Origin: Takakia lepidozioides
Lineage: Eukaryota > Plantae > Bryophyta
Direction: 5' to 3'
DNA length: 64,000 bases
Assembly (NCBI GenBank): GCA_030704615.1
Contig: CM060732.1
Location: 10,416,001-10,480,000, forward strand
Part shown: piece by piece, positions 13,401-25,900 of the stretch
Layout of the letters: each line of letters starts with the position of its first letter
Position numbering within the stretch: the stretch's first letter is position 1
Made by a program: the position numbers and the translations under genes
The notes under the pieces: generated by a model
What the model was told of the DNA's origin: nothing
What the model saw: the letters and a program-made list of their open reading frames with translations, nothing else
Database searches by the model: none

Positions 13401-14415
13401 ACCCAGACAATGTTTTAGACATTCTCCAGCTCTCAACGAGGAACACTCCTGCCTTTAGCTCTAACAGATGCCTAATAACTAGGATTTCTTGTTACTAACT
13501 AGAAGGGACAACCTGGGGGAGTCATATGTGAACCAATGAGGGGTTCCGCAGACCAGCAGGTTGCTAATGTAAATGACAAAAAATGCACTGTGCAAGTATG
13601 CAACGAGAGAAATCTTATGACCTGGATAACTGTCGATGGCCTCTTCTATCCGATCTCCGTCCCTGGCCAGAATTACTACTGGACCGTCGGCGATCTCTTC
13701 TGCTTCTTTCTGTAGCACGACTGCGAGAACGATCCGGGCTTTCTCTCTGCCAAGACCTGTGGCGTTCCTTCCCGGAATTTTTGGAATCTTGGCTTGGAGA
13801 GGAGGTTCGATGCCTTCTCTTTCGTGATCTGTGGCTCCCATCTCTTGGGCTACGATCAGATGAGCTGCTATAGCCTTCACTGTCACTAGAAAGGCTTCTC
13901 CTTCGTGAACGAGGCTTGATACCCCTCCTTGAAGGCCTCTCTTGATCAAGGCTAGACGCAAGTTCTTGTTTGCGATGTCTGCAAGACGAATGAGAAATTC
14001 AGAAAGTGGAGTCAATAGAGGGTTTGTTCATAATTGGAAATGAAAATTCAAATGGTTGCAAATGTTCACTACAACATCTGTGGCAACTGCTGCTGATGTC
14101 GGCAGATCTCCCAGAGCTAAGTGCAGCCAGTATAAAGGTAAAAGACACTTGCCTGTCTTTGTCTTTGGACGGGCTCCCCTCTTTCTTCTTGAGCTTCAAA
14201 CGGATGCTCTCCACTTTAATCTCTGTCTGGATTGCCGCAGCTCTCCCGGGGCTAGCCTCCTTCACGAAATTAGTCAAAGAACCATGGGCATCACTCTTGT
14301 CGATCGAAACTTCGGACGGTTTCTTGCCAAATCCCAGGCCCTGTTTGAAGCGGGCAGCATTGCTGCCTTTGCGAAGCAACTCATCGTAGTAGGCCGCTGC
14401 TTTCTCTTCCTCCAT
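7413..14415 (-). CDS. Conserved plant RS-rich nuclear protein (SRrp53/RSRC1-like), 523 aa; exons 14415-14153, 13978-13622, 13275-12849, 12628-12577, 12119-12018, 11665-11592, 11262-11047, 7493-7413
   Basis: N-terminus MEEEKAAAYYDELLRKG..AARFKQGLGF, an RS-rich centre, then TPAEKVKAKMKLQLSET, GEWERFEFNKDAPLDDD, AAHEAAIFG and GSWQERARK. Splice phases are consistent (1572 nt, no stops in the frames read). Intron 1 has a GC donor. The family name is from recall. Confidence 0.88.
7930..10940 (-). mobile_element. Degenerate LINE (APE-RT-Zn finger) inside the last intron of the RS-rich gene
   Basis: APE remnants LLDDFNA (about 10380) and GTSDHF (about 10120), RT region IPALMFVD...YTYLGV (8600-9064) and C-terminal MCG...HFLIPCPMY (7938-8303). 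Segment about 10610-10940 repeats about 8425-8660. Confidence 0.8.
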
Positions 14416-14754
14416 GAGCTTATTCAAAGTCAGGCCTGAGATTAAAACCCAAATGAGCTCGATCTCTCTAGCAAATTGGCTGTACACATCAACTCCTACC
14501 AATACCACCCCTGCTCTGAACCCTAGCCCCTCGACAGGGCTACCGACAGATTAACGTCCAGGCCTGGCCGGGTTTCCAGAGCTACCTCCCAACCTTCCTC
14601 ACACTCCTGAACAGTGAGCGTGTTGAGGTTTTCTCAGCCACGACGGGGCAGCTGGATGTCCGACTCAAACAGCGAGAGTATGCGATACCCTTGCCACTGT
14701 TTTCGGCCTACCGTCAGAGACCACGAGGGTGGAAGCAAGGACCAGAAAACTCTC

Positions 14755-15045
14755 TCCAAAACCCTAAACCTGAGAAAGACTGCAGTGCAGACTCATGAAG
14801 ACAGCTCCTTTTTTCACAAAAGAAGTCATCATCTTGGTACTCGATGTTTCGGAGACCTGGCATGCAGCTGCAGCTAGCTATGGCTGTTGAGCAGGGTCTA
14901 CAAAACCCTAAACCTGAGAAAGACCAGACTGCAACATCATGATTTTTTGGTGAAACTTGAGACGTAATCATTCGAAACTCAGAAGCTTGTGAAGACCCTG
15001 GCCTTGCTGCTGGCAGGAGGCTGCATCTAGCTATGCCTTCTGAGA
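14755..15045. promoter_or_regulatory. Two diverged ~145-bp repeats, each with a telo-box (AAACCCTA), upstream of the RS-rich gene
   Basis: AAAACCCTAAACCTGAGAAAGAC occurs at about 14757 and about 14901, each followed by a related GCTGCA.CTAGCTATG block. Telo-boxes are common in promoters of plant RNA-processing and translation genes. Confidence 0.45.
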
Positions 15046-16859
15046 AATCGAATTGTGGATCGTGCGAGCAGCTATTTGAAAGAGAAGAGAGGGAAACAGA
15101 GAGAACCTTAGCTGTGAAACAAAGATTCCCGTCCTAGGGGGTTACTCCACCTCCTCTACGCTAATATGCTAAAAGAAATCAGTTTAGACTTCAGACCTTT
15201 TTCTTAGGGTCAAGTTGTACAACAGCAGAATCTGAGTCCAGGGACACGGAGGGTGGTCGGCAAACCGTCGTGGGTGAGGTGGGTGAGAGAGGACAGTGAT
15301 CCAATGCAACAAACAACATCACCAAAGGTTTGGGTCCTGCATTCATCTTGATCCATTGTCAGTTTCTCACTAAGAGATGGAATGAAGTATGAGAAAGGGC
15401 TTTCTCTCCTCCCGTCTCGTCACAGGGATGGCAGAGTGCTGCTCCCCTCTCCCAAGCATGAAGGGAGAGGCCATGTGTTCGTCGTGCGGTGAGCGGGCGG
15501 GAGGTCTATGTAGAAGGAGCTGAAACTGGCGTCCAACTTGGCAATGCTGGACTCGAGACCCTTGCAAGTGCTGGCTGTGACAACACCCAAACCTGCAGGA
15601 AAACCGAAGAAAGGTACTGGCTTTTATAACTCCGTCAGTATCTCCTTCGCTATACATATCTTCTTTCCATTCATTCCTGGAGGAAGGGATTCATTGCAAC
15701 GTAGCGGATGTAGGATCCCTGTTCTTGGGAAACACGCACCATGTTTTCTTTCAGGTTGAGAATTATGCTAGCTCCAGCTCACGGAATCCCGTTTCCAGCA
15801 TATTTAGATCACTTCTTGATGTAGGGATAGTGTCCCATACATGTGACGCACGTTGCGGTGGAGAGACACAATTTCGTGTCTCCTTAGGGATGTGGAAAGG
15901 GAGAGTACTCATTTTCCTCTCCGACTAATCTTGGAGGGCACAGCATTGACCGCGGTTGTGGGGTTTCTACACACGAGTGTGGAAAACGCATCCTACAAAG
16001 GCCCTAGTAATCGCTCATAGCCAACGACAATCCGATGCAGGAAATCGAGTAACCCTACAAATAAAATTGGATGCGAGGCAGGCCAAAGTAGTGCGCCACA
16101 CCCATATTTGTCTTGATTTGTTTGAGCCTAGAGGGCCTTGAGTTGAGCAGAGTACCTATTCAATGCGACAAGAATGTTCCGTCCTCACCATCATGCCCAG
16201 CGAATTGGCATGTGGATCCCTTTTTTCCAGCTGAACGAATCCACAGAGGTAAGCAGCCTACTCTCAAGTTTTGAACTTCAGCCTAGTGTCCAGCGTGGGG
16301 ATAACCTTTAGATAGTCCTTAGTTTCAGTTGTTCATCAAGGGCTGTGAACAAATTAGCTTAGATTATATTTGTGCAGGGAAAAATGTTCATAGAGCAACA
16401 AAGAGGCTCGTTTTGGGAATCTACACCAGCACATTCCTGAGTAAAACTGAGGGTCAGAGCTGCCCGACACCAGGTTGTGTGCAATCTGGCGATGGCTGTA
16501 ATGTCAATGTAACCCGTGGAGCTCGAGGGCGAGAATACAATGGGTACTGTTTTGACAATGATTTAAGGCTTCGAACTCAAACGGGTAGAATTGGTACAGT
16601 TCATTCTCAAAGTAGATATCTGCAGTTGTTTTGTAAACCGTTAGTATGTAGGAAGTAGCCTGTCCTCATGAGGAGATCTCTCTTAGGTGCTTTCAGGTGT
16701 AGTAGTGGAGTGTGAGGTTTGTAACTAAGAGTTTTAGTCGTGCAGGATGACGCGGTTGAATAAAGGCTCAGTTTTTTTGTTGGACATCAGACTGGTGGCA
16801 GAGGTAGCACCTCTACTGTAGTCACTGCTTTTGGAAGAAGATGAGGAGAGGAAGTCAAC

Positions 16860-19560
16860 AGCATCTCCCTTCCCATCCTTGGCAATGTAAGGACACTATG
16901 TAAGTCAGGACAACTGAAAGAAGCGCTGCATATTTTGAAGCAACATGGTATTGTGGCAGACTCCAATACTTATGTCTGTGTCCTGCAGGAGTGCATCAAG
17001 TTGAAAGCCCTGGCACAGGGAAAGCAGGTGCATGCCCACATTACTCAAAGTGGATTCAATCCAAATGTCTTTCTACTCAATACCCTTGTCCGTATGTATG
17101 GCAAGTGCGGGAGTGTGGTGGATGCACGTCAAGTGTTTGAGAAATGTCTGCACGAGAACTATTTACATGGAATATAATGATAGCAGGATATGCCAAGCAT
17201 GGGTGTGGTGGGGAGGCTCTTGAGATCTATAAGCAGATGCAACAGCAAGGGGTAATGCCAGACAAGGTGACATTCAGTTGCATTGTCAATGCATGTGCTA
17301 GCCTAGGAGCCCTCGAAAAGGGCAAAGAGGTCCATGGTGACATCATCAGAAGCGGGATTGTGCCAGATATCATTCTGCAGACTGCCCTTGCTGACATGTA
17401 TGCAAGATGCGGGAGTGTAAACGATGCTCATGAGGTGTTTGACAGTATGTCCGAACGAAATGTGGTCTCATGGAGTACTATGATCGCAGGATATGCCAAG
17501 CATGGGTGTGCTAGGGAGGCTTTTGAGATCTATGAGCAAATGCAAAGGCAAGGGGTGACACCAGACAATGTCACATTCAGCTGCATTCTCAATGCATGCG
17601 CCAGCCTTGGAGCCCTGGAAAAGGGTAGAGAGATCCATGCTGACATCATCAAAGGCGGGGGATCACACCAGATGTAATCCTGGAGACTGCCCTTGCTGAC
17701 ATGTATTCGAAATGTGGGAGCGTAAAGGATGCCCGTCAAGTGTTTGACAAAATGGAAACACAAGATGTGGTCGCAGGGAATGCCATGATTGCAGGATATG
17801 CTCAGCATGGGTGTGGTAGGGAGGCTTGTGAGATCTATGAGCGAATGATGCAGGAAGGGGTGAAACCCAACAAGGTCACCTTCATTTGCATTCTCAATGC
17901 GTGTGCCAGCCCTGGAGCCTTGGAGAAGGCGTAAGAGGTGTGTGATGACATTAGAAAAAATGGAATTGCATCAGACATCATTCTGGAGAATACACTGCAC
18001 ATGTACGCCAAATGCGGGAGCATGAAAGATGCACGCCAAGTGTTTGACAAAAATGGCTGAGAAAGATGTCATCTCATACAATGCCTTGATCGCTGGATAC
18101 ACCAAGCATGGGTATGGTGATGAGGCTTTTGAAATCTATGAGCAAAGCAAATGGAAGGAGTGAGGCCTGACAATGTCACATTCATTTGCATTCTCAATGC
18201 ATGTGCCAGCATGGGAGCTGTGGAAAAGGGCAAAGAGGTCCATGCTGACATCAGCGAAAGCGGGAGTGCGCCAGATATCAGTTTGGAGAATACCCTTGTG
18301 GACATGTATGCCAAATGTGGATGTGCGAAGGATGCCCGTCAAGTGTTTGACAATATGGCTCAACGTGATGTGGTTTCATGGAATGCCATGATTGCCGGAT
18401 ATACTCCGCATGGATGTGGTAGGGAGGCTTTCAAGATCTACGAGGAAATGCAACAGAAAGGGGTGACCCCCGACAAGGTCACGTTTGTTGGTATTCTCCA
18501 TGCTTGTGCCAGCCTAGTAGCATTGGAAAAGGGAAGAGAGGTTCATGCTGACATCAGCAAAAGCGGTATTGCACCAGATATCATTCTGGAGACTGCCTTG
18601 CTGACATGTATGCGAAATGTGGGAGCTTACAGGATGCCCATCTAGTGTTCAACAGTATGTCTCAACGAAATGCGGTGTCATGGAACGCAATGATCACAGG
18701 GTATGGTCAGCACGGGTGTGGTAGGGAGGCCCTCCGACTATTTGAACACATGCAACAGGAGGGCTTGAAGCCGGACGGTATAACCTTCACGTCTCTTCTC
18801 TCTGCATGTAGCCATGTGGGCCTAATGGAGGAAGGACGTCACTACTTTGATTCCATGAGTCAAGATCATGGACTCACTCCTACAGTGGAGCACTTTTGCT
18901 GCATGGTTGACCTCCTTGGCCGCGCAGGGCGAGTGAATGAGGCAGAGGACTTCATTAATAACATGCCAATCAAACCAGGTGCTTCTGTATGTGGGGCCCT
19001 GCTTGGTGCCTGCAGAGTTCATGGCCATGTGGAGGTAGCAGAACGTGCGGCCAAATGCCTTCTCAAGTGCGAGCCACAGCATGCGCCAATTTATTTGTTG
19101 CTGTCGTCGAACATTTACACCACACCTGGAAGGTGGGAGGATAAAGAGAAAAATGATGGAGGACAGAGGTGTCAGAAAGGAGCCAGGACGCAGTTGACGT
19201 CGACAACCAGGTGCATACATTTGTTGTAGAAGACAATTTGCAAATTAAACAAATTCAGCAGAGACTGTCTCGACCAATGAAGGAGGCTGGATACATGCCT
19301 GACATGCGGCTTGTAGTGCATGATGTTGACGAATAGCAAAAGCAATTTTCTCCTTGTCACCACAGTGATAGCTGGCCATTGCTTTTGGGCTGATCAGCAT
19401 GCTGCCTGGGATGCCTATCCACATCATCAAGAACCTTGGGGCTGTATGGTGACTCTCACACTGCCACCAAGTTTATGTCAAAGATTGTTGGCCTAGTACG
19501 TGATGCCATCCAACCGCTTCCACCACTTCCAAGATGGAGTCTGTTTTGAAGGGATTAAAG
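16860..19560 (+). pseudogene. PLS-E-DYW PPR RNA-editing factor pseudogene
   Basis: About five P-L-S triplets, an E domain (HFCCMVDLLGRAGR...LLGACRVHG), a PG box (GVRKEPGR), a frameshifted HSE.LAIAFGLI at about 19360 and RFHHFQDGVC at about 19515. Multiple frameshifts and stops. Confidence 0.92.
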
Positions 19561-20117
19561 CAGCAGCATGAAAGCAAGTGTGGGTCCTCCTATGGATACT
19601 GACACGTGTCCAGGACGTTCCATGGATGATCTTCAAATGAATCCTTTCGAGTTAATGACATGGATGGACGAGTTGTGAATGAATGTGGGCGCTCAAAGGA
19701 ATGAAATATACTTGGATGAATATTGAATCTTCGCCACTACTGATTCGCAAATTTGCCAATACCGTTCGAACACTTGGAACGAGGCAACCCGGGACCGGTG
19801 GGCCCGTCGCGACGCTGAGATCTCATCCCTGGCTGGCAGCGCCGCATTGGACGCCGAGTGAGGGCAGCCGCCGTGCGGGCACGTTATTGGCTGCGGGGCC
19901 CAGACTGCCGCAATTCCAGGTCCCAATTCATGGTCGCGACGGAAAAGGGCCGTGCGTGGACGACCGGACGTTCGTTCGAAGCCGTGGATGGGACCGAATT
20001 TCATTTTTAATGGATGTTTATCATCCAAAATGGGCAACAGGCATCCGCCACCTGATTTGCCACCCGTATGTACAGCTCAAAAGGTTGGAAACAGGCTAAG
20101 TGTGTTATCCACAGGGG

Positions 20118-20228
20118 ACGCGTGGCGGAGAATATTCTCCCTCCGCTGATCGTGTGGCTCAGAGCGCGTGATCTCGATTCTCAGCGTGTTAATTCGGCAC
20201 GTGTAATACCGCGGAACGCACACGTGTC
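20118..20228 (+). promoter_or_regulatory. ABRE/G-box cluster upstream of the sucrose transporter
   Basis: ACGCGTGGC at 20118-20126, CACGTG at 20198-20203 and CACGTGTC at 20221-20228, all within 300 bp of the ATG. A GA tract precedes the start codon. Confidence 0.5.
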
Positions 20229-20398
20229 CCTGCCAGCGTTGGCCCCCTCTGAGAGTGCGAAGCAAAAGGGGGAGTCTGCTGGCGGAGCTTGTAAACTACT
20301 GCAGCAATTCTGGGGGTGAGGGGGGTGAGCGGGTGTGGATCACCACAGAGCCGGCACAAGGGAGTTTTGGGAGGGAGGGAGAGAGAGAGAGAGCGAGG

Positions 20399-22021
20399 AT
20401 GGAGGGGGGTGGGGTTGTGAAGAGGAGGGGGAAAAGGGTGCCGTTGAAGGCCATAGTGCAGGTGGCGTCGGTGGCTGCAGGAGTGCAGTTTGGGTGGGCG
20501 CTGCAATTGTCGCTCTTGACCCCGTATGTGCAGGAGCTGGGGATTCCACATGCCTGGGCCAGTCTCATCTGGTTGTGCGGCCCAATCTCGGGGATGTTCA
20601 TTCAGCCGATCGTAGGACATTACAGTGATCGATATCCTGGGAAATGGGGGAGGCGTCGGCCTTTCATTGTGGGAGGGGCAACGCTTGTGGTTATTTCTGT
20701 TTTGATCATAGGGTTTTCAGCGGATTTTGGTCACATGTTCGGGGATACCATTGGCGCCGACGTTCGGCCCCGGGCCATTGTGGTTTTTGTGCTTGGTTTT
20801 TGGATGTTAGATTTGGCTAACAACACACTGCAGGGTCCCTGCCGTGCGCTGCTGGCGGATTTTTCTGGCAAGGATCAAGTAAGGACCCGAAAAGCCAATG
20901 CAAGCTATTCGCTCTTCATGGCTATTGGCAATGTGATGGGGTTTGCCACCGGGGCTTACGATGGCTGGTACAAAATATTCTCATTTACTCACACGAAGGC
21001 GTGTGACGCAGCCTGTGCCAATCTCAAGTCTGCGTTTCTCTTGGGTATCGTGGTTCTTGCGGTGACCACCATTCTGAGTATAACTGCAGCTCCAGAGATC
21101 CCGTATGATCCTGTGAAACAGATCAAAAAGTATAGTGTCACCACTGCCACTACCCCACTACTCCCTGACAAAGCCGCAGACCCGGAGGCCGCGAAGAGTG
21201 CTGCAAGTGTGTCAGGCGCTGGCGAGAATGGAGAAGACGATGACGACGATGATGAAGAGGAGGAGTCGGAGGCCTTAATCTGGGAGCTGATCGGCGCATT
21301 AAGGAACCTTCCGCGTCCGATGTGGTATATCCTCCTTGTCACTGCACTGACCTGGGTGGCATGGTTTCCCTTCATCCTCTTTGACACGGACTGGATGGGT
21401 CGTGAGGTCTTCAAGGGCGAGCCGAACTCAAAAAATCCTGTAGTTTCTGCACTGTACTCCGACGGTGTCCACATGGGATCCCTCGGTCTCATGCTTAACT
21501 CTGTAGTGCTTGGATTCAGTTCTCTGTTCATTGAGCCCTTGTGCCAATTTATGGGTTCTAGCTACTTGTGGGGCCTTGCCAACACTCTTCTGGCAGCTTG
21601 CTTTGCAGCCACCACGCCCATCACCAGAGCTGCGAGAAGAGCTCCCTTGGTGGCTGGGGGGCCACCCACCCTCGTCAAAGTCTCTTCTCTTGTAGTCTTT
21701 GCGATTCTTGGAGCGCCACTCGCGGTGACATACAGTGTACCGTATGCATTGACAGCTACCTTTACAGAAAAAGTTGGTGGAGGTCAAGGCTTGTCCATGG
21801 GAGTCCTGAATCTTGCGGTAGTGCTCCCACAAGTGTTGGTCTCTATCGGAAGTGGTCCTTGGGATGAACTCTTTGGCGGTGGTAATTTGCCTGCCTTCCT
21901 GCTGGGAGGCGTTTCAGCGTTAGTCGGTGGTATTGCTGCAGTGCTCATACTGCCAAGACCAATACCAGACTTCCGAGGTGGTAACCGACTCCGTCGCACT
22001 CGGAGCTCGCCCATGCCCTGA
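20399..22021 (+). CDS. SUT: Sucrose/H+ symporter (SUT/SUC, type III/SUT4-like), 540 aa, intronless
   Basis: AGVQFGWALQLSLLTPYVQELGIPHAWASLIWLCGP, GRRRPFI, LDLANNTLQGPCRALLAD, FDTDWMGREV, GQGLSMGVLNLAVVLPQ and GPWDELFGGGNLPAF in one uninterrupted ORF. First ATG is at 20399. Confidence 0.97.
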   Translation: MEGGGVVKRRGKRVPLKAIVQVASVAAGVQFGWALQLSLLTPYVQELGIPHAWASLIWLCGPISGMFIQPIVGHYSDRYPGKWGRRRPFIVGGATLVVISVLIIGFSADFGHMFGDTIGADVRPRAIVVFVLGFWMLDLANNTLQGPCRALLADFSGKDQVRTRKANASYSLFMAIGNVMGFATGAYDGWYKIFSFTHTKACDAACANLKSAFLLGIVVLAVTTILSITAAPEIPYDPVKQIKKYSVTTATTPLLPDKAADPEAAKSAASVSGAGENGEDDDDDDEEEESEALIWELIGALRNLPRPMWYILLVTALTWVAWFPFILFDTDWMGREVFKGEPNSKNPVVSALYSDGVHMGSLGLMLNSVVLGFSSLFIEPLCQFMGSSYLWGLANTLLAACFAATTPITRAARRAPLVAGGPPTLVKVSSLVVFAILGAPLAVTYSVPYALTATFTEKVGGGQGLSMGVLNLAVVLPQVLVSIGSGPWDELFGGGNLPAFLLGGVSALVGGIAAVLILPRPIPDFRGGNRLRRTRSSPMP

Positions 22022-22949
22022 GTGGGAATTTGCTTTGGAACCCCATTGCATCTTAGGCATGTGGAAGAGTACTCATTGATGAGGTCACTTCAATTTTTCG
22101 ATGCATTCTCTGATCACAAGTTGTAATTTTCCTGGAGGGTGAGTACTTGTAGACACTCACTGGGGGGGGGGGGGGGGGGGTTTGCAATGCTTGAGTGTTG
22201 TGGTGTGGGGGCCCTGGGTCCTGATATCTTTCTCTAATGATTGAACAAACTGGCAGGCCATTCCTCCCGTTAGATTTTCTACAACTTCCCAAGTAGACTC
22301 TGGTGGGTATAGCTGGAGTGATTTAGTTTTGCCTAGGTCAGGGCTGTATATTAGTGCATGCAATAAAATAAGAGATGATCAAACATTGCGTATGGGGTCC
22401 GGTCCCCCTTGTAGGCTGGTGGCGGTGTGATCTTAGACAAGCATTCTATAGTGTTGTCTTCGCTGACTTTTTGGTGGAGTTGCTCGCACACAGAATGCAC
22501 TGAATTCTACCTGTAGAAGAGCTTAAAAACATACCCAGGACACAATAGAAGATTCGGAAACTTAACAGAACTTTTGAGGAGAATTGTCCAATGCATCACG
22601 TCATCCACTAAAAAATCTGCACCTCTGGCTGCTGTAAAAACATACTCAGATCTGCCAAACTGGACTGTTGAATCATGTTCTTATGTTTGAAGGTTTTGTG
22701 AGAAAAATCTCACAAATCTCTTTGAAATTCCTAAACAGCTAAAGCGCCGCTGCCCATTGACCTGAGATATTTGAACCTAATACTGGAACCCAGTATGTAA
22801 ATCTCAGGTCAGTTCAAATTGAAAGGTGGAAGCAGGCTAGGCCCAAGACTGAGGAGTGGACATGCCACTATCCACTCATGGGGGAAAACAAGTAGCTATC
22901 GTCAGTTTTAGAATAAGTATATTTAAATATTTGACACCTCCCCAGGGAA

Positions 22950-25900
22950 GCGCAAATTATGAAGTCTCATAAAAAATGGGGGAGAGCTCCAGGGAGATGG
23001 TGGAGAGACGCTCAACGGTCTTCTCGTCTTCCCCGACTCGAATCGCGCAACGAGACCATCCTGTCACTAGGACGATCATTCCCCTTCTCTTCAAGCCGGG
23101 CCTAACCTTCTTTTTTATAGGATCTTCATGGTGTTTCATTGACATTCTCTCATCCTCGCCTCCATCCTCATTCTAAACCCCTCCTCATTCATCTCCATAG
23201 TCTCATCTTAAGCCACACCCCCCTTAGTGTCACCCTCGGTGCTCTATTGCTTCAGCCGCCAAACATTAATATCGTACGTCCAAAGCCCCTCTTTCTCACC
23301 CCTCGTTGTCCACCATCGTATTCGGGTCTCTCATCGTCTCTCTCCTCGCAGTCTCCCGTCAGTGTCTAATCCCTTTGGTTTAGTGAGATTAGTGGCTAAT
23401 GCTGGAGTTTAGTGTCCCTTAATCGTGGTGACCCTCCTGTCTGTATAGCCTCAAGGCAGAAGTGTGCTTGCCTCTTCAACTGTCTTTTGACCTCTCTAAT
23501 TCGGGTTGCTTTAGGGTAATTCCATCCTAAGTGCCCTCCTTTCAGTTAATCTCTGGGATTATGGGATTGAGCCTCTATATTGCTTTCAACTGTGCTTCTT
23601 AGAGTGGGGCTCTGTTAGTGCTTATTAGTGTGGTGTTCTTTTGCTGCTTCTTAGCTAGAGTGGTGCTCTTTAGTGCTTTGCCTAGTATCAATGGCTCCTC
23701 CGGCAAACGGGCAGCTCCATTTGAGAAGCCATCAGGACTCACGCTCGAGAGCCACAGCTCCTCCTCTGACGGGCAGATCCCATCCTTCTTCGGGGACAGG
23801 CTTCTTCCTTGTGCACCAAGCCCAGTCTAGGCTAGGCTCAAGCCTGGAACGAGTAAAAATTCCCTCTCCTCCCCCCTCCCCCCTCCCTCCCCCTCCCCCC
23901 CCTCAATCACCACCGCCTGAGGTTGCATTTCGCTCCATTGAAGCGGAACCCCCCTTCCCTCAACCAGAGGAGGGGTTAGACCTCACGGAATCCTCCCAAG
24001 CAAATCTCAGCAAGATGTATCCCCTAATCAAAGTGGACCTGCAAAATACGACCAAAGAAGTCCTATCTCTACATGAGCTCAACATTCTTGTTCATTTCCT
24101 AGGAAGGAAGGTAAGCAAGACTCAGGCGAGGGATTGGGCGATCAAGAACCTAGGGGGTCCGGGAGAGCTTATGCACCAATTCTGCAATGATAAAGGCAGG
24201 GGATTCTACACCATCAATTTTGAGACTCCGGAAGCTGCAGCACACGCTTTGTCTCTCAATCCTCACTCCAGGGGGTTCAATGTTAATATCTTTCCATGGT
24301 CACCAAAGATGGGACACAAAAACGGAAAACTCTGGGGCCCCAGAGTGGTTTCTGTTCCATTTCTCCCTGACCAGTACTTGATCAATCTCCCGGACATTGC
24401 CAATCATTTTGGACACTACTTAGGATGCATAGGTGTCTTTGATCCCCTAATGAGCACGGAGAAGCTCCGCAAGATTCCAGCCTAGAGTTCTGGGACTATA
24501 GCATCAAGGCTCAATGACAATGGTTGCGCAAGATTTGTCCTTATTATGCCAAATGAAGATATACTACCAGACTACATCAGGCTTCCAATCGATGAAGAAG
24601 GGAATTACCTCACAGTAAGAATCATCGAGGACAAGTCCTCTTCAGCCTGCTTCAGCTGCGGTATGCTGGGTCATATGCGCAATGAGTGTCCCAACAGTAA
24701 GAGGAAGAGATCGGAGCAACATCACTCAGCAATTGATCACCAGGCCATCTCTCAAATCAGGCCCCAGGCGACGATTCATCTCCCTGGCCAAGTCCTCTCT
24801 TCACGTGCACTCACCCTGCCACCCTCTGGGGTCATCAATCTGGACACCATACACTTGGTCCCCGGTATTAGAAGATGTCACCGCCAACAGGGATTCATTG
24901 ACCCGATGCAGATGGAAGCTCAAGCAATGCTTGACAGCTGGGCAGCACGAAACAAAGGAAAATCCAAACTGGGAGACACCTCTAGCACTGACTCCCCACA
25001 GCCACAGCCTCATGGCAAGCTGCACCCCCCACATCTGCAAGGGACTAGGTCAATCACCCCCAACCCAGACAGGATCTCGGGTATAGCGAACAATGCGATG
25101 CTGGCTAAATCTTGCCTCAAGCTAGCCTCATTCCTTGCACTGGACCTCAGGGGCTGCTCCGCCCTTGAAATCTTTGCAGAGCCTCAGGCTATTTGTGTCA
25201 CACCTCTCATTTACAGGAAGGGGGGATCCCCAACTATGCTCATCACATCAGATGACTTCTCGAACATCGAATCGCTTTGGATCACAGAAGCTGATATCAC
25301 ACACTTCAGCACCACCAGCCTACCAGGCTCCAGTCCAGAGGATCTACTCAAAAGGAAAATTCACGAATTCTTCAAAACATTCCACCCCCACTACCTCCTC
25401 CAGACATCAACCAAAGTTACGTGGGGAGCTTACCTAGAGGACCACCCAGGTTTGAACTCAACGCCATCGACACACATTCTGGCTCTTATGGAGGAGGCAG
25501 AGATTCATGCACTGCAGCCCCCAAGTAACGCGATCTGGGTCTTCGAGGAGGGACTTTCTAAGCCCTCACAAAAGTCACCGCATGCAAATCAGGACACACA
25601 ACACGCTATTCAACGGTTTCCAGTTGCTGGGAGCATTGCTGGACTCGGAACTGGAAGAAGAAAACTACAGAATGGAGCTGCAGCGTACAAGAGATTTCCT
25701 AACAGGCCAGAGACAAGTAACTCCTTCCATCTCCTCATCAAATCTAAAGGTGGGCACCGAACCCTGGATCCAAAAGAAAGATGAGGAAGAGATCTTCAAA
25801 ATCTGCAAATGGCTAGACTGGACAGGGTGTACGTCTCTTACAATTTGGTCCAGTGGACCAAAAGACATATCCAAGAACCCATTCCCCTAGGTTTCGACCA

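Noticed and set aside
13479-14015. 178-aa minus-strand ORF and overlapping plus-strand ORFs
   Set aside because: These are alternative frames of RS-rich exon 2; the spliced frame explains the region.
15340-16660. Short ORFs between the RS-rich gene and the PPR pseudogene
   Set aside because: No recognisable motif or consistent exon chain; possibly decayed gene fragments, but unsupported.
20255-20398. GTG-initiated N-terminal extension of the sucrose transporter
   Set aside because: Non-ATG start running through a GA-rich 5' UTR; the ATG at 20399 gives a normal N-terminus.
22162-22180. Poly-G run downstream of SUT as a regulatory G-quadruplex
   Set aside because: Simple homopolymer; similar runs occur in transposon sequence here and its length is unreliable.
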